Shown: positions 37,677-51,214, counted from the first letter of the stretch. The stretch is DNA of 64,000 nucleotides from Octopus vulgaris (GCA_951406725.2 OX597822.1:58466001-58530000); one strand, 5' to 3'. Notes: generated by a model from the letters alone, not told the origin. Numbers and translations are program-made.

Positions 37677-38929
37677 TCTCTTATTATAAAAGGCAGATTT
37701 TATCTGCCTCCCTTTGTCACTTATAGAAATCTACAATATAGGATTTCTTCAATTACAATTTACCTAGCATTTTTAAGAGTAGAATGCATCGGGTCATGCC
37801 AAGTCCAGTTTTAAAAAATTTAAACTCCAATTAAGCAAAATTTACAGAAAACTCACATTCTGGTGTGTATGTCAAATGCTTTTCTTAGTCTGGTTTACAG
37901 CACACGCAAACGCACGCACACAGTGTGCAACGAATAAAGTGAAACTAATTCACTGTGTGTGTGTTGACAGGTAGACAATAGAATGCGATGGCGATGGCGA
38001 TGGCGATGTAATATTTGTTTCTGTCTATCACGCTGATAGATACATGAGTAAAATGTATGGCAAGCTAAGAGATAAAGAGTGAGTGAAAATGTTCTTGGAA
38101 GAGAGTAAATAGCGACAGAGTGATTTGAGGAAGACTAAACTGAAAGTATGAAACAGTGTTTATGTATAAACAGACGACACTTATATATAGTTATGTATGC
38201 ATCCGTTTAACCCTTTCGTTACCAAACCGCCCGAATTTACCTATTCATATTTAAATGAGAATATCAGAGTAAATCTCTTTAGTACATTCGTGAAAACACG
38301 TATTATACTTCGTAAACACTTCAAATACAGTTTTGTACAAAAATCGAAGTGTAATTTTAATTCCGTGAATTATGGGAGATTTTTTTCGAAATTTGTTCCT
38401 ATTGTGTTTTCAAAATTTGTAATTCTGACAAAAAATGGATACGAATTTCATTATATCAAGCAGCGAGTCAGAATTCGAAGGATTTTCTACTGAAGACCTT
38501 CATAAATCTAACTCTATGACTGAAAAAAAAAAGCATCTTTATATAAGAGTGAAGTTGTGTGTCTGTCTCCTACGATTTAGATTCGTAACTACTCCCACAT
38601 TTTGCGGTGCAGTTTAACCAAAAGCGGGTATCTTATAGTCGTGATTCATATCGAGCCCTTCTGGGTATTAGCGCGCGTCTACGATGAGTCTACGATTAAA
38701 AAAAATTTACCATCATATTTTTCCATTTTAATGCATTTTTTTCGCTTTTATATAAGGGAAGTAACTCTCTAAAAATATCTACGATGTGTCAACGATTTAA
38801 AAAAAAATTTACCTTAATTGTTTTTCAATTTTTAATGCATTTTTTTGCTATTTTTTGGCTATAACTCTCTAAAAATGCTTATATAGTTATTTCCCTTACA
38901 AACCGAGCAACGCCGGACGATACTGCTAG
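37677..38929 (+). mobile_element. Composite non-autonomous Helitron (copy of 22072-23244)
   Basis: TC start, hairpin, CTAG end; high similarity to the first copy. Confidence 0.9.
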
Positions 38930-39751
38930 TATATATATAAAGCTGAAGTTGTCTGTGTGTGTGTGGCAGGTTTGGTAGCCTTCAACTAACACTATCTCCT
39001 CCGAGACCCTGCGGCGCAAGTTGACCAAAATTGAGAGTATGATAGAAGAAGGCTCGCTCTTCATTCCGTAGAAGAAAAAAAATTCAAATCGGACAATGTT
39101 AAGACCAAAAGTTATTTACATCAAAAAGGTGCTTTTTTTCTATGAAAATCCCTATTTTTTTCGATTTTTCTACTGCTGTGTCGCCATTTTTCGGTGCATT
39201 TCAACCAGAAAAAGTGCGATCTGCATGCTGTTACTATCTACGTTGTCCAAGTCAAACCTTCAATGCGTATGTTTTGATTTTACAGATTTTTTTTTTAGTT
39301 ATACGTGATGTAAAATAGTCGATTTTATTCATTTTACAGTTACAACCACGATTCATGTTGCTCACCCGTTTGGCTTCAAAATAACATTTTTTTTTTGTAA
39401 TCACAAACTGTTCTTACTAACGTTTTGGATTTTCCTGTACTTTTTCTTAATGAATACTGTTGCAGTATTAACTTCTTGATAGATTTTCAGTGCAGTTCGA
39501 AACTCGAGGTTCATTTTGCTTTAAATCTACGGGTAATTTTTTTCTCCATAATGTTAATTGAAGGAATATTAACCAACAATACCAGCAATTCAAGTCGGCA
39601 TTACACATTTGCAGCACATTCAGAGCAAACTCGAGCATCGCCACACTTTACTTTTATTCATAGAATGAAACTTTGTTAACGCGACATTAAAGTCTGCCGT
39701 TTTAAGCGCAACTAAAAAACAAACACGAGCAACGCTTGGCTATACTGCTAG
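38930..39751 (+). mobile_element. Second Helitron family member abutting the previous one
   Basis: tatatatataaagctgaagttgtctgtg start; cgagcaacgcttggctatactgCTAG|T end. Confidence 0.8.
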
Positions 39752-39861
39752 TATATATATATAAAATTCAAATTACGATGAACGTAAACAAACAAACGAA
39801 GTTTGCTTTAGAAACGTTGAGATGTCTTAGAAAGCTAAAGAACTGATTTTAAATTCTCATA

Positions 39862-39899
<38 letters not shown>

Positions 39900-40404
39900 T
39901 AATGTATATACGTGTTAATATATAAGTGTCTTGGCCTCGAAAGCAATATAGCGTCAGTACCAGAACACGAACTGGTAACATCCACATTTGGAATATCTAG
40001 TACTCCAGTGAACCAATGTCTTGATCACACGCGCGCGCGCATACACTCACACTCACCAATCTAATTATTAAATATAAATTTTGATTTTTTGACTGTAAAC
40101 ACTTCAGCTGTGATAGAGTTCACTTTGGAAATATTAAACCGTCCGTGTTCTCATTATCTCCGTGGAAAAACCTGTTCATACATGCGTTTTGGAGGCGAAT
40201 GCTCCTGATTATCTTCGACGACAGCTGTTGGATGACGGGCTCATACACTGCAGTAACAGACACGAGTTAGCTCTCCACAAAAATTTAAAAACAAAACACA
40301 CTAAATAAAACAAGCAGTAATAAGTGTTCTATGAGAAACCATTGACCAACGGTAAGCGATTTTCTCCGGCCCAAGAAATAATAGAGACTATAAACGATAC
40401 TTGA

Positions 40405-40514
40405 TGACGTCAGCCACTTACACAGGAAGTAGACTCGCAGGCGGAGAAATGAACTGTCATGCACGTGCCGAGTGTTGTCGACTTGTGTTGAACATAGAGC
40501 CTTCAATATGGCGG
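40405..40514. promoter_or_regulatory. Candidate promoter/enhancer: CRE, ETS, E-box and YY1 motifs
   Basis: TGACGTCA 40405, ACAGGAAGT 40422, CACGTG 40462, (C)AATATGGCGG 40505 in non-repetitive DNA. Confidence 0.35.
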
Positions 40515-40594
40515 TCTGAAGTGTCAGCCTCAGGATTATGGTATTATTGTATTGTTTTTCACACACCCACATACACACACATATACACATACAG

Positions 40595-40635
<41 letters not shown>

Positions 40636-40881
40636 CGCACGACACCTACATGCATTCATACACAAAGCTTTATACACACACATACACACATACACACATA
40701 TATATGTAACTAGTCAAAAAAAAAAATATATATAAATATGTATGTAATATACATGTGTGTATGTGTGCGTGTATATATATATATGTATATATATATATGT
40801 GTGTGTGTTTATATATATGTATATGTACATATATGTATGCATTTATATACATGTATATACAATATATGTGTATATGTATAA

Positions 40882-40931
<50 letters not shown>

Positions 40932-40944
40932 ATATATACATCCA

Positions 40945-40979
<35 letters not shown>

Positions 40980-42643
40980 ACATATATGTATTTATACATA
41001 TACATTTATACATACATATATATATGTATATATATATATATATATTTATACACATACATACATACATACATACAATGTACTGATCTGCAATAGAGTATTC
41101 AACAAAAATGTACTCCATCTGGTGAAAGATAAATATTCTTTTCTACTCTAGGCAAAAGGCTCGAAATTTTTGGAGAGGGAGCCAGTCGATTAGATCGACC
41201 ACAGTACGCAACTGGTACTTAATGTATCGACCCCGAAAGGATGAAAGGCAAAGTCGATCTCGGCGTGAGAGATAAATATTGTTTATTTAAAGGTCACAAT
41301 GCATGTATTAAAGCGCTACTCATAGGTAAATGTGTTGAGAAAACTCAAACACATATATGCTCTTATACTTACAGGTGCAGCCTTGAACGATTGCATACCC
41401 GTTAAACTCTGAGTAGCTTAGGAGCGAATTATTGGATTTATTCGAGTAAACTCTACTGCATTTATTGGAGTTGCGTTTTCTGTTTTCATTTCCAAATGTA
41501 AATGCGCGTGTGTGGTATGAGTATATCAACACACGCGCGCACAGATTTTCGTGTTAGGAAATGTGGTTGGCATAAACCACCTCTTGCGGCGTAGTTTTAA
41601 CTGAGGTAAGCAAGCGTCGCTGTTCGTATGGGAGATGAAAGACTCCGAGTGTGTCTAGTGTTTGCTGTAGGAAAAGATACCCCTTACAAACTGAAGTAAA
41701 TTCCTTGCCTCTTTTTCCTGTGTATCACATGTGATGCACAGGACATATTTCCGTGGCGTCCATGCGACTTGGGAGTTATGAAATGAAATCTTTATATTAC
41801 TCAGAACGTATGAAACACGGGCTGGCTAAAAGTCTGAAAACAACGTAGACACTTAGGACAAACTTATGAAAATGCTTTTGGCGGATAAATGGTTTAAAAT
41901 GATGTAAAAACTTATTTGAAAAAAAAAAGTAATATTCACGTGAAAAGCTGAAAGAAAAAGGAAGAAAAAACAATGTGTAACTGATGGAGCATCACGGGGA
42001 AAAACATGTCCATTACATCCGAGCATCTAAAAAGAATTGAAGACATAAAGGTGAAACGAGACCCAAGAATAGAAAAACCTGAAGATATTAATACTTTCTT
42101 CAAACGCTCAACTTGTAATTGTGTCTTGTCAGCTGCTCAAGAGTACATGTACCCAAATTATCTACTGCTATGATGAATATCATCCCTTAAAACAATATAT
42201 GCTTGCTAATTGTGGCGGTCTGAAGAGGTATATATCTGTACGCAATGCTAAAATCTTGTGATACAACAGGGTAATTAACTGAGAAGGGTGTTTAGAAAAG
42301 GAGAGTAGACCAATAACTCGTAATGTAAATGAACTGAAAACTGTGCTGTTGCGAAGCGAACGAAGAGTGAGAGATAAAATATTTATTCCAAATGTTGACA
42401 GCTGTTTCGTAATTTGTATCCATTTATATCACCGACGCTAGAGCGTCCTATTCTCATATACATGTAGATGCAACTATAGCTGGACACTCAGCGGCGAGAT
42501 CATCACGAGTTCTGCTTGATTCCTTGAATTTCTATTCCTGCTCTGTGTGTGTGTGCACGAACTATCTAGTTGAGTGGCACCTTCTTTACGATACACAGAT
42601 ACGTGTGTGTGTGTATATATATGTGTGTGTATATATGTATGTG

Positions 42644-42698
<55 letters not shown>

Positions 42699-42728
42699 TT
42701 GTATACATATGTAGGTGTATATGTGTGT

Positions 42729-42792
<64 letters not shown>

Positions 42793-42799
42793 GTATATA

Positions 42800-42846
<47 letters not shown>

Positions 42847-42851
42847 GTATA

Positions 42852-42957
<106 letters not shown>

Positions 42958-43720
42958 CTTGGAAACGGATGCGTGGCGTTCATTTAAATAATATGTGTGT
43001 GTGTGGTTGTATGTGTGCGTGTATATTTCCGTTTCTCTGTATAACCAGTGCATATATTGCACATAAAACAATCACAACATATGCACTTGTAAGAGCATCC
43101 ATTCCCACACAGGCACGCGCACACTTACACACACGCGCGCACAAATAGACACACATACACATCACACACACATACACAAATCCGTATACATTAAACAGTT
43201 GTTGCACCATTATATGCAACATACACTGGGACAGTAACACCCGATCAACACACATTTATATACGCAGCTCACGTGTAAGCGTGCGTCGTATCAGCTGTTG
43301 ACCTGACGTCACCAACTCTTTGCATGTGTGCATAAGTATGCGTCCATGTTGTTATTGTTGCTTAGCGGAAGTCAAGCCTGATTCAGTAAACCTATGATCT
43401 TGGCGTTCTTTCCATGACCATCCTTTTTTTTTTAATATTCAACCTTAATATACTAGGACTATTATCCAAATCGTATCCTGGGGTTTGGGTATTATTTGGC
43501 TACGTTTTTCCAAACTGGTCGGACGACTGCTGTGACTTCCTCATAATATCGTTTGTGTGTGTATGTGTGTGTGTGCGTGTGTGTGTATTTGTATGGGTGC
43601 GTGTTTACGTGCATGTGTGTATTTACGCATATTCATATACACATGCACGCACATCAACACACAATCGTGTGACTGCACTTGTGTATGAGCCTATGTATAG
43701 TTGAGAGTGTGTGTGTGTGA

Positions 43721-43765
<45 letters not shown>

Positions 43766-45099
43766 TGTACTTCTGTGAGTGCATATGCGTATGTGTTTGT
43801 GCGGGAACGATTAAGTTTATGCTGTGTTCGTTTGTTTTGTTGTTTTTTTAATGTTGATTCGTGACCCTAGAAAAAAAAAAGAAAAGGATCACGTGTGCAC
43901 GTGCCTTATGATAATTAGACACTCAACTATACTGACCCTACAACTACACACACATATTATGTTTGCACATACATAAGATGTCTCACATTCACACACACAT
44001 ATAAAGAGCCGCAAACATCCTGTGCTTAGCGTATAAGGGTGTACACGTACGTAGAAAAATAAACACTTTTGCAACGACATATAAACAATTACATATACAT
44101 ATACACCCGCATATTTAAACACATACACACCATGTATACACACCACACACACACACACACACACGCACACACATACACACACATATATACATACAGAAAA
44201 AATTTAGATTCAGATGAATATGGTACTTAAGTTGAAGAGACCAGAATTTAGTTTGGTATTATCCATACAATCACCTCTGGATATCATTGTTGCTGATTTT
44301 GATCATATATAGATACATGTAGACGCATATACGTATACACACATGTATACAGACAGACATGTATATATACACATACATGTCTATACACATTTACATACAC
44401 ATATATATACACATACATGTAGACACATATAGATACATATACACAGGTCTATCATCTCTAGTATTCCCAACGTTCCATTTTGTTCCCTCTCCCATATTCA
44501 ATTGTTTGCTTGTACGCAGGTTTCAAAAATCAAAAGCAACTTAGCATCACTGGCAAAGATGAAGGCAACCATGCTCAAAACTAAGACGATTTGAGCTGTC
44601 TTGCTGTCCGATGTACAGAAAAACTGTACAGGAGGAACTATAACTAAAGATTCAATCGCGCATGAACGACAACCTCCTTCCGTCATCTGTAACCGTGTTC
44701 ACTTCAATGTGAATTATATAACACTCCTCTGTAACCTTCTGCACATAGACATCATGCAACAAAGACAGCTCAAACCGAATCTGTACTGCGTTCAAGAAGA
44801 GAAACGTTGAAAACTTTCTTCAACAGAGACATGAAAATCTAGTGGGTATGAGACATTTTGGCGCCGCCAACTTGGCATCGCTGATTCAACGATGACTTAT
44901 TTCACATTAGACGATTTAATAGTTCTCTCGTTTCCATGTTTCTCACGTTTTCATGTTTCTATTGTTCTCTATCTCTCCCCCTCCTCTCTCTCTCGGTTTG
45001 TGTGTAACCATTTAGTTGTTTGTGTGTACGTGTATTGTCTCCTTTTCACCCTCTCTCTTTCTTTTCTATGTTGTTGTTTTTCTTCTTCTTCTTCTTCTT

Positions 45100-45172
<73 letters not shown>

Positions 45173-45175
<3 letters not shown>

Positions 45176-46130
45176 TTTCTTCTTTCAAATTTGCTTCCAT
45201 TTCTTGCCGAGCGTCTTCCCGACTCCTAGGGCAAAGAAACTCATAGTATACATTGGTAGGCCATTAAACCAAACTCAATAGTTCGTTCATTTTTTATATT
45301 TTTTTTAGGGTTATATTTAAAATACTTGGGCAGTAACAGCTCTCACAGCGACAATGCTCTTCTCAATACGTGTGATGTACCAGTTAAGACAATCTTTTGC
45401 ACTTCTTGCAAGGATGGTAAGCCAGGGATCATTCTCATATAATTTTCGGTTCCCTTCTTGATCATTCCTAGTGCTCCTACGATCACTGGTATTGTAACCG
45501 CCTTGAGATGCCACATTTTCTCAATTTCAATGAGCAGGTCTTTATATTTTCTGAGCTTGTCAAACTCTTTCGCCGAGATATTATGATCACAGGGGATGCT
45601 CATGTCGATCAATAAGCAAACTTTATTGTTTTTGTCTTTCACAACAATATCTGGTTTATTGGCTTTGATGGTTCGGTCTGTATGTACTGGAAAGTCCCAC
45701 AGAATCGTTACATTTTCTCCTTCAGTTACAGCTTCAGGGTGGTGATTATACCACTTGTCGGCAGTTTTGATATTGTAATGCCGACTTATTAGCCAGTGTA
45801 GATATTGGCCAACTCTGTCATGTCTTAATTTATACTCCACTGGTGCTAAGACTTTACATCCAGAGATTAGGTGGTCCACTGTTTCAATCATGTCATTGCA
45901 GAATCGGCATTTTGGGTCTGCTCCATTTTTCATTACATTGGCCTGGTAGTTCCGGGTTAATAGGCTTTGATCTTGAGCAGCCAGGATGAAACCTTCGCTC
46001 TCTGCTTTTAGCCCTGAGCTCCGTAGCCACTGATGGGTTTGCTTCTGGTCAACATCAGCTTGTTTGCTACGGGCCACATATTTGCCGTGCAGAGGTTTCT
46101 CCTCCCACCTATCAGCCAATTGCTCGTGCG
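45173..46130 (-). mobile_element. 5'-truncated R4/Dong-clade non-LTR retrotransposon in (TAA)n
   Basis: Intact ORF C-terminus plus 3' UTR; (TTA)n at 45129-45172 and 46131-46198. Confidence 0.92.
45343..46119 (-). CDS. R4/Dong ORF C-terminus: CCHC zinc knuckle + restriction-like endonuclease (truncated)
   Basis: LHGKY..., EGFILAAQDQSLLTRNY, CRFC..ETVDHLISGC, RHD, KPDIVV..IDMSIP, K..KY; 258 aa without stops. Confidence 0.92.
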   Translation of the reverse strand: MADRWEEKPLHGKYVARSKQADVDQKQTHQWLRSSGLKAESEGFILAAQDQSLLTRNYQANVMKNGADPKCRFCNDMIETVDHLISGCKVLAPVEYKLRHDRVGQYLHWLISRHYNIKTADKWYNHHPEAVTEGENVTILWDFPVHTDRTIKANKPDIVVKDKNNKVCLLIDMSIPCDHNISAKEFDKLRKYKDLLIEIEKMWHLKAVTIPVIVGALGMIKKGTENYMRMIPGLPSLQEVQKIVLTGTSHVLRRALSL

Positions 46131-46131
46131 C

Positions 46132-46197
<66 letters not shown>

Positions 46198-46203
<6 letters not shown>

Positions 46204-46543
46204 TCACTGCCTGGAATCGAACGCGGAATCTTGGGGTTAGTAGCCCGCGCTCTTAACCACTACGCCATATGCCCGTGGCTACTAACCCCAAGATTCCGAC
46301 TTCGATTCCAGGCAGTGACCTGAATAATGATGATGATGATGATGATGATGATAACAACAACAACAACATCAAAAAATACCTTAGGAATGAGAGCCCAGGT
46401 TCGAAATTTCCCCCAAGACACCTGATGAAGGGTGGAGGGTATAACAGCCGAAGCGTTGTGTTAACAAGAAACAAGATGAGGACAAATATTCGTCGAATGT
46501 AAATAATGTACATAATTCCTCATCTCTTAAATATAGAACTGTA
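46198..46543 (+). mobile_element. tRNA-headed SINE-like element carrying a hammerhead, with inverted 5' duplication
   Basis: Complete tRNA-like head on minus strand 46198-46274, partial head on plus 46277-46324, microsatellite linker, hammerhead 46418-46461, tail to gaactgta. Confidence 0.75.
46418..46461 (+). ncRNA. Minimal hammerhead ribozyme, two point defects
   Basis: acac-CTGATGA-a-gggtg(gagggtataa)cagcc-GAAG-cg-TT-gtgt (GAAA>GAAG; one stem II mismatch). Confidence 0.65.
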
Positions 46544-47429
46544 TAATGCTAAGTATACTAAAAGTAAACGAAAAATGATAGAATGATGCCGTCTGGAATG
46601 CCTTTGTCCTCGGATCTGCAGAATCAGGACCAATTATTATTTCAAGTCTCAAGACAGAGGATTAATAGAATTGTTAGGGTGTCGATCTAAATGCTTTGTA
46701 GTACTAGCTCTTAATATTTATTCAAATATTGTCGAAGCCAAATTTGCCTTTTGTCCTTCCAGGGTGGATAAAAGAACGTACCAGTCAAGTCCTGAGTTCG
46801 ATATTGTCAACTATACTCGTCCTCATGTTAAGATTTTATCAAGCCCCGAAGGCGGGACTGAGAAGTAAATTTGATTCTAGCAGGATTCGAAATTTAGAAC
46901 AGTTAGATACAGTAATGGATTCCCATTCAGGAGCTTTCAACTGTCCTACCTATGTACAACACTGCCCCGGGCTAACTAAAATTAAATACACATGAAATTA
47001 GACACTCCCACACAAATACATCGTCAAACATACCAACTGTCATATACATACATACATAACAGACAGCTTGCAACGTAAGAAGAAAAAAAAATAACAATAA
47101 CGAAAAACAAAACAATAACGAACAAACAAAAAACTCTGTCCTCCCTTTCAGCAAATAACCTGTTCCCTCAAAAGATTCAGTCACGGCGACCATTACAACT
47201 CCTCCCACTATAGCGCCCTCTATCGACAACAGAAGGCAGGTGCCAACACACATTTTACAATAAACATCCACAAAGCGATTTTTCCAATGTCTTCCCGTCT
47301 CACTCTCCCCTTCCCCTTATTCACTGATTCAAGCAAAATTCATTCATTCACTCTGTCCCTCTCTCTCCCCGCCACTCTCTTCTTCACATCACCTTTACTT
47401 TTTCATATAAAATTCTCTCTCTCTCGTTT

Positions 47430-47460
<31 letters not shown>

Positions 47461-47872
47461 ATATATTCATTTTATCTTTTCTTTCTCTCCTTTCGGTCCT
47501 GCTTCTCATACTCACCTCTCCATCACTCTTCAATAGATCATCATCCACTTCTTTTCCCGTTTGTCTTTCTTTTGTAAAAAAAAAAAAAAAGAAAAGGAAA
47601 AAGAAAAAATTCAGCATTCTTATTACCAAATGGCGGTTGGCCGTTGTCAGTGGTGAGTTGGCGAGGTCACGACCTGGTTTCAATTCCTGGCTGGAACTTA
47701 GGTTGCTGATACACATTTGAGAAAGACATACAATTCACATCTAATTAAGGCATGGCTAACCAGCGGCTCGCGTAAGTTGCATGGTATCTTTGGCAATTGC
47801 CGTCTGTTATGGCTCCGAGCTGTCACATGATTTGTGACTGAATTTGGTGAACAGAAACTGGGCAGATGCCTG

Positions 47873-48038
47873 TCGCATATGAGTGGCTGCGTGGTAAGAA
47901 GCTTCTTTCCTTCCTAACCACATAGTTCCGGGTTCAGTCCCACTGCGTGGCATCTTGGGCAAGTGTCTTCTACTACAGCCTCGGTCCGACCAAAGCCTTA
48001 TGAGAGGATTTGGTAGACGGAAACTGAAAGAAGCCTGT

Positions 48039-48082
<44 letters not shown>

Positions 48083-48300
48083 TATATATATATATATGTG
48101 AGTGTGTCTGTGTTTGTCCCCTGTCCATCGCTTGACAACCGATGCTGGTGTGTTTACGTCCTCATAACTTAGCGGTTCGGCAAAAGGGTTCGATAGAATA
48201 AGTACTAGGCTTACAAAGAATAAGTCCTGGGGTCGATTTGTTCGACTAAAGGCGGTGCTCCAGTACGGCCGCAGTCAAATGACTGAAACAAATAAAAGAA
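47873..48300 (+). mobile_element. SINE family A, full length
   Basis: Head, internal (TA)n, tail. Confidence 0.92.
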
Positions 48301-48827
48301 TATAAGGCCTGAAATTTGAGGGAGAGGGATAGTTAATTACATCGACCTCAGTGTTTCACCAGTACTTAATTTATCGACCCCGAAAGGATGAAAGGCAAAG
48401 TTGACCTCGGCGGAATATACATACACACACACATATGTGTGTGTACGTGCGTATGTGTGTCTGTGTGCGCGTGTATTTATATATATATAATTGTGATGAT
48501 AGGGTTATAATCCAAGCAATGTCTTCTTGAAACGCATCCGATTATTCAAGTGCTCCAAAGTTGTACGTAGATATTATATTTGTGTGAAGTATGCTTAAGG
48601 GTTGAGAAATACTGGAAAAAAAATTAATACTTGATATCATTTGAATATATGGTTGAAGAATTTCTAAAATGTGATATCTTACACATACATTTATCTTAAA
48701 TGTACAATTTTGTAACTCCTATTAACAAATGAAAGACGTGTAATGGTGAAATAATAATACCCAAGGTTGAGGACTAGCTTCACGCTTGAAACCTTTGAGT
48801 ACCATCGAATTTGAATCAGACTGTTTT

Positions 48828-48909
<82 letters not shown>

Positions 48910-49533
48910 CACACACACACACATACGCACACGCACACACACACAGTTAGATAGACTCTTCTGTGTATCATACTAAATGCAAATACTTCGTGAAAAAGCA
49001 AATAAATTTGTCCGGAAATATATTTTAAGGACGCGTATTGTGTTTAAAAACAACAAATATATCTGTAGTAGATGAAAATCATCTAGCAGCGGCGGTGGGA
49101 ATGCTACATGCATATTTCTGTCTCTTTGCGTTTTGTTAATTCAATGCATTCATTGTGAACCGCATGCTAAAACAAAAATACGTCGCTACTGCTATAGTAA
49201 AAAGTGACTGAAAAAACACTGATGTTACAATTAGCCGCCCGGTTGAAGAAAAATCTGTTATATGCATCAGATTAAATTAACCATATTATTTCGTACTTAA
49301 CACAATACATCGCCAAAAGGCAAATAAACTGCAATATTCATTCGGAGATAATATCTACTGAGGTTGTACTTGTGTTTTAAAAACACAAATATCCCAGCAA
49401 CAGACGTAAATCATCCAGCAAAGGGGGTGAAAATTCCAGATGCACATTTATGCCTCGTTGGGTTTGTCAGTAGCCTGTACTCTTTTCGTGAGGTATTTGC
49501 ATTAAGTATAATACACAAATGGTTATTTTAACC

Positions 49534-49826
49534 CAGTGGTTCCCAAACTTTTTCAGGCTGCCGCCCCTTGGCATCCAGGCCACATTCCTAGTGTCCCCTC
49601 TCCCTCCCCACCACGAATATGGACCACTTTCTGCAGCAAATTCAAAACAACTGTATTTCACAAATAAGATTTAAACCTAATGAACTTAATATATATATAT
49701 TTTTAGATCTATCACCCCATTTTACCCCTCCCCCTATTATCGTCCCAATTTTTATCAACGTACCCTCTGGATCTTTCCATCGTCCCCAAGGGGTGGGGGT
49801 AGTACTGCCCACTTTGGAGACCTCTG
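49534..49826. mobile_element. hAT (Charlie-like) MITE
   Basis: CAGTGGTTCCCAAA / TTTGGAGACCTCTG termini; perfect 8-bp TSD TTTTAACC. Confidence 0.9.
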
Positions 49827-49966
49827 TTTTAACCTTAGGTTGCTTCTGCAGTGTATAATGGATTTTTATTGAACAGAACAGATAATTGCAAAACCAGTGA
49901 TTTTTTCAATCACTATTTTCCTATATCAGTACCAACCGATTTGTCTTAGCCTGCAAGTTGTTAGTG

Positions 49967-50168
49967 CAGTGCTTTTCAAACTTTTTGCTGGAGCGGAACC
50001 CCAAGGAAGCATTCCACTGGCTCGAGGAACCTCTGTGCAATAATTTAATAGTCTTATGCACACATATCTGCACAGGAGAATTAAAAATTACTACCGATTT
50101 TAGCAGTTTTGGTAACTTCTTGCGGAACCCCTGGACTGTACTGGCGGAATCCTGGTTGAAAACCACTG
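49967..50168. mobile_element. hAT (Charlie-like) MITE
   Basis: CAGTGCTTTTCAA / TTGAAAACCACTG termini; perfect 8-bp TSD TGTTAGTG. Confidence 0.92.
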
Positions 50169-50612
50169 TGTTAGTGAGTATATAGTTCTGAAAAGAACTC
50201 AATGAGGCAGAAATGTGTATTTTGTATTTTCACTGCAGCTATTGGACGATTTCCATCTGCTACTGAAAAATTTGTGCTATGTCACACTACGTTCTTAAGA
50301 GATATTCTCTCCGGACGCACATCGCAGTTAATGTGCGTCTACGCGATGTATGTGCATCAAGTACTTTTTACTCAGATAAACCCCACCTCTCTCTCCGTAT
50401 AAATGTGTGTGTGTGCATGTGTGTGTCTATCTGTCTGCGTGTCTGTGTGTGCACGTGTGTAGTGTATATGTGTGCATGTATGTCTGTGTGTGCGTGTATA
50501 TACATGTATGTGTGTATGGAGAGAGAGATGATAATTAGATAGTTAGTTAACTAGATAGTTAATGAAATAGACATATTGGTAAGTAGATAGACAGACAGAC
50601 AGGCAGGCAGGT

Positions 50613-50670
<58 letters not shown>

Positions 50671-50684
50671 ACAGACAGACAGAC

Positions 50685-50746
<62 letters not shown>

Positions 50747-51156
50747 AAGGCGGCGAGCTGGCAGAAACGTTAGCACGCCGGGCGAAATGCTTAGCAGTAT
50801 TTCGTCTGCCGCTACCTTCCGAGTTCAAATTCCGCCGAGGTCGACTTTGCCTTTCATCCTTTCGATTAAATAAGTATCAGTTACGCACTGGGGTCGATAT
50901 AATCGACTTAATCCACTTGTCTGTCCTTGTTTGTCCCCTCTGTGTTTAGCTCCTTGTGGGTAGTAGAGAAATAGGTATTTCGTCTGCCGTTACGTTCTGA
51001 GTTCAAATTCCGCGGAGGTCGACTTTGCCTTTCATCCTTTCGGGGTCGATAAATAAAGTACCAGTTTTGCACTGGGGTCGATATAATCGACTTAATCCAC
51101 TTGTCTGTCCTTGTTTGTCGCCTCTGTGTGTAGCCCCTTGTGGGCAGTGAAGAAAT

Positions 51157-51159
<3 letters not shown>
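50747..51159 (+). mobile_element. SINE family B dimer within (AGAT)n
   Basis: Same dimer junction as 6888-7303. Confidence 0.9.

Positions 51160-51214
<55 letters not shown>

Noticed and set aside
46198-46274. Functional tRNA gene
   Set aside because: Acceptor and T stems poorly paired; it is the head of a repeat. Same for other SINE heads
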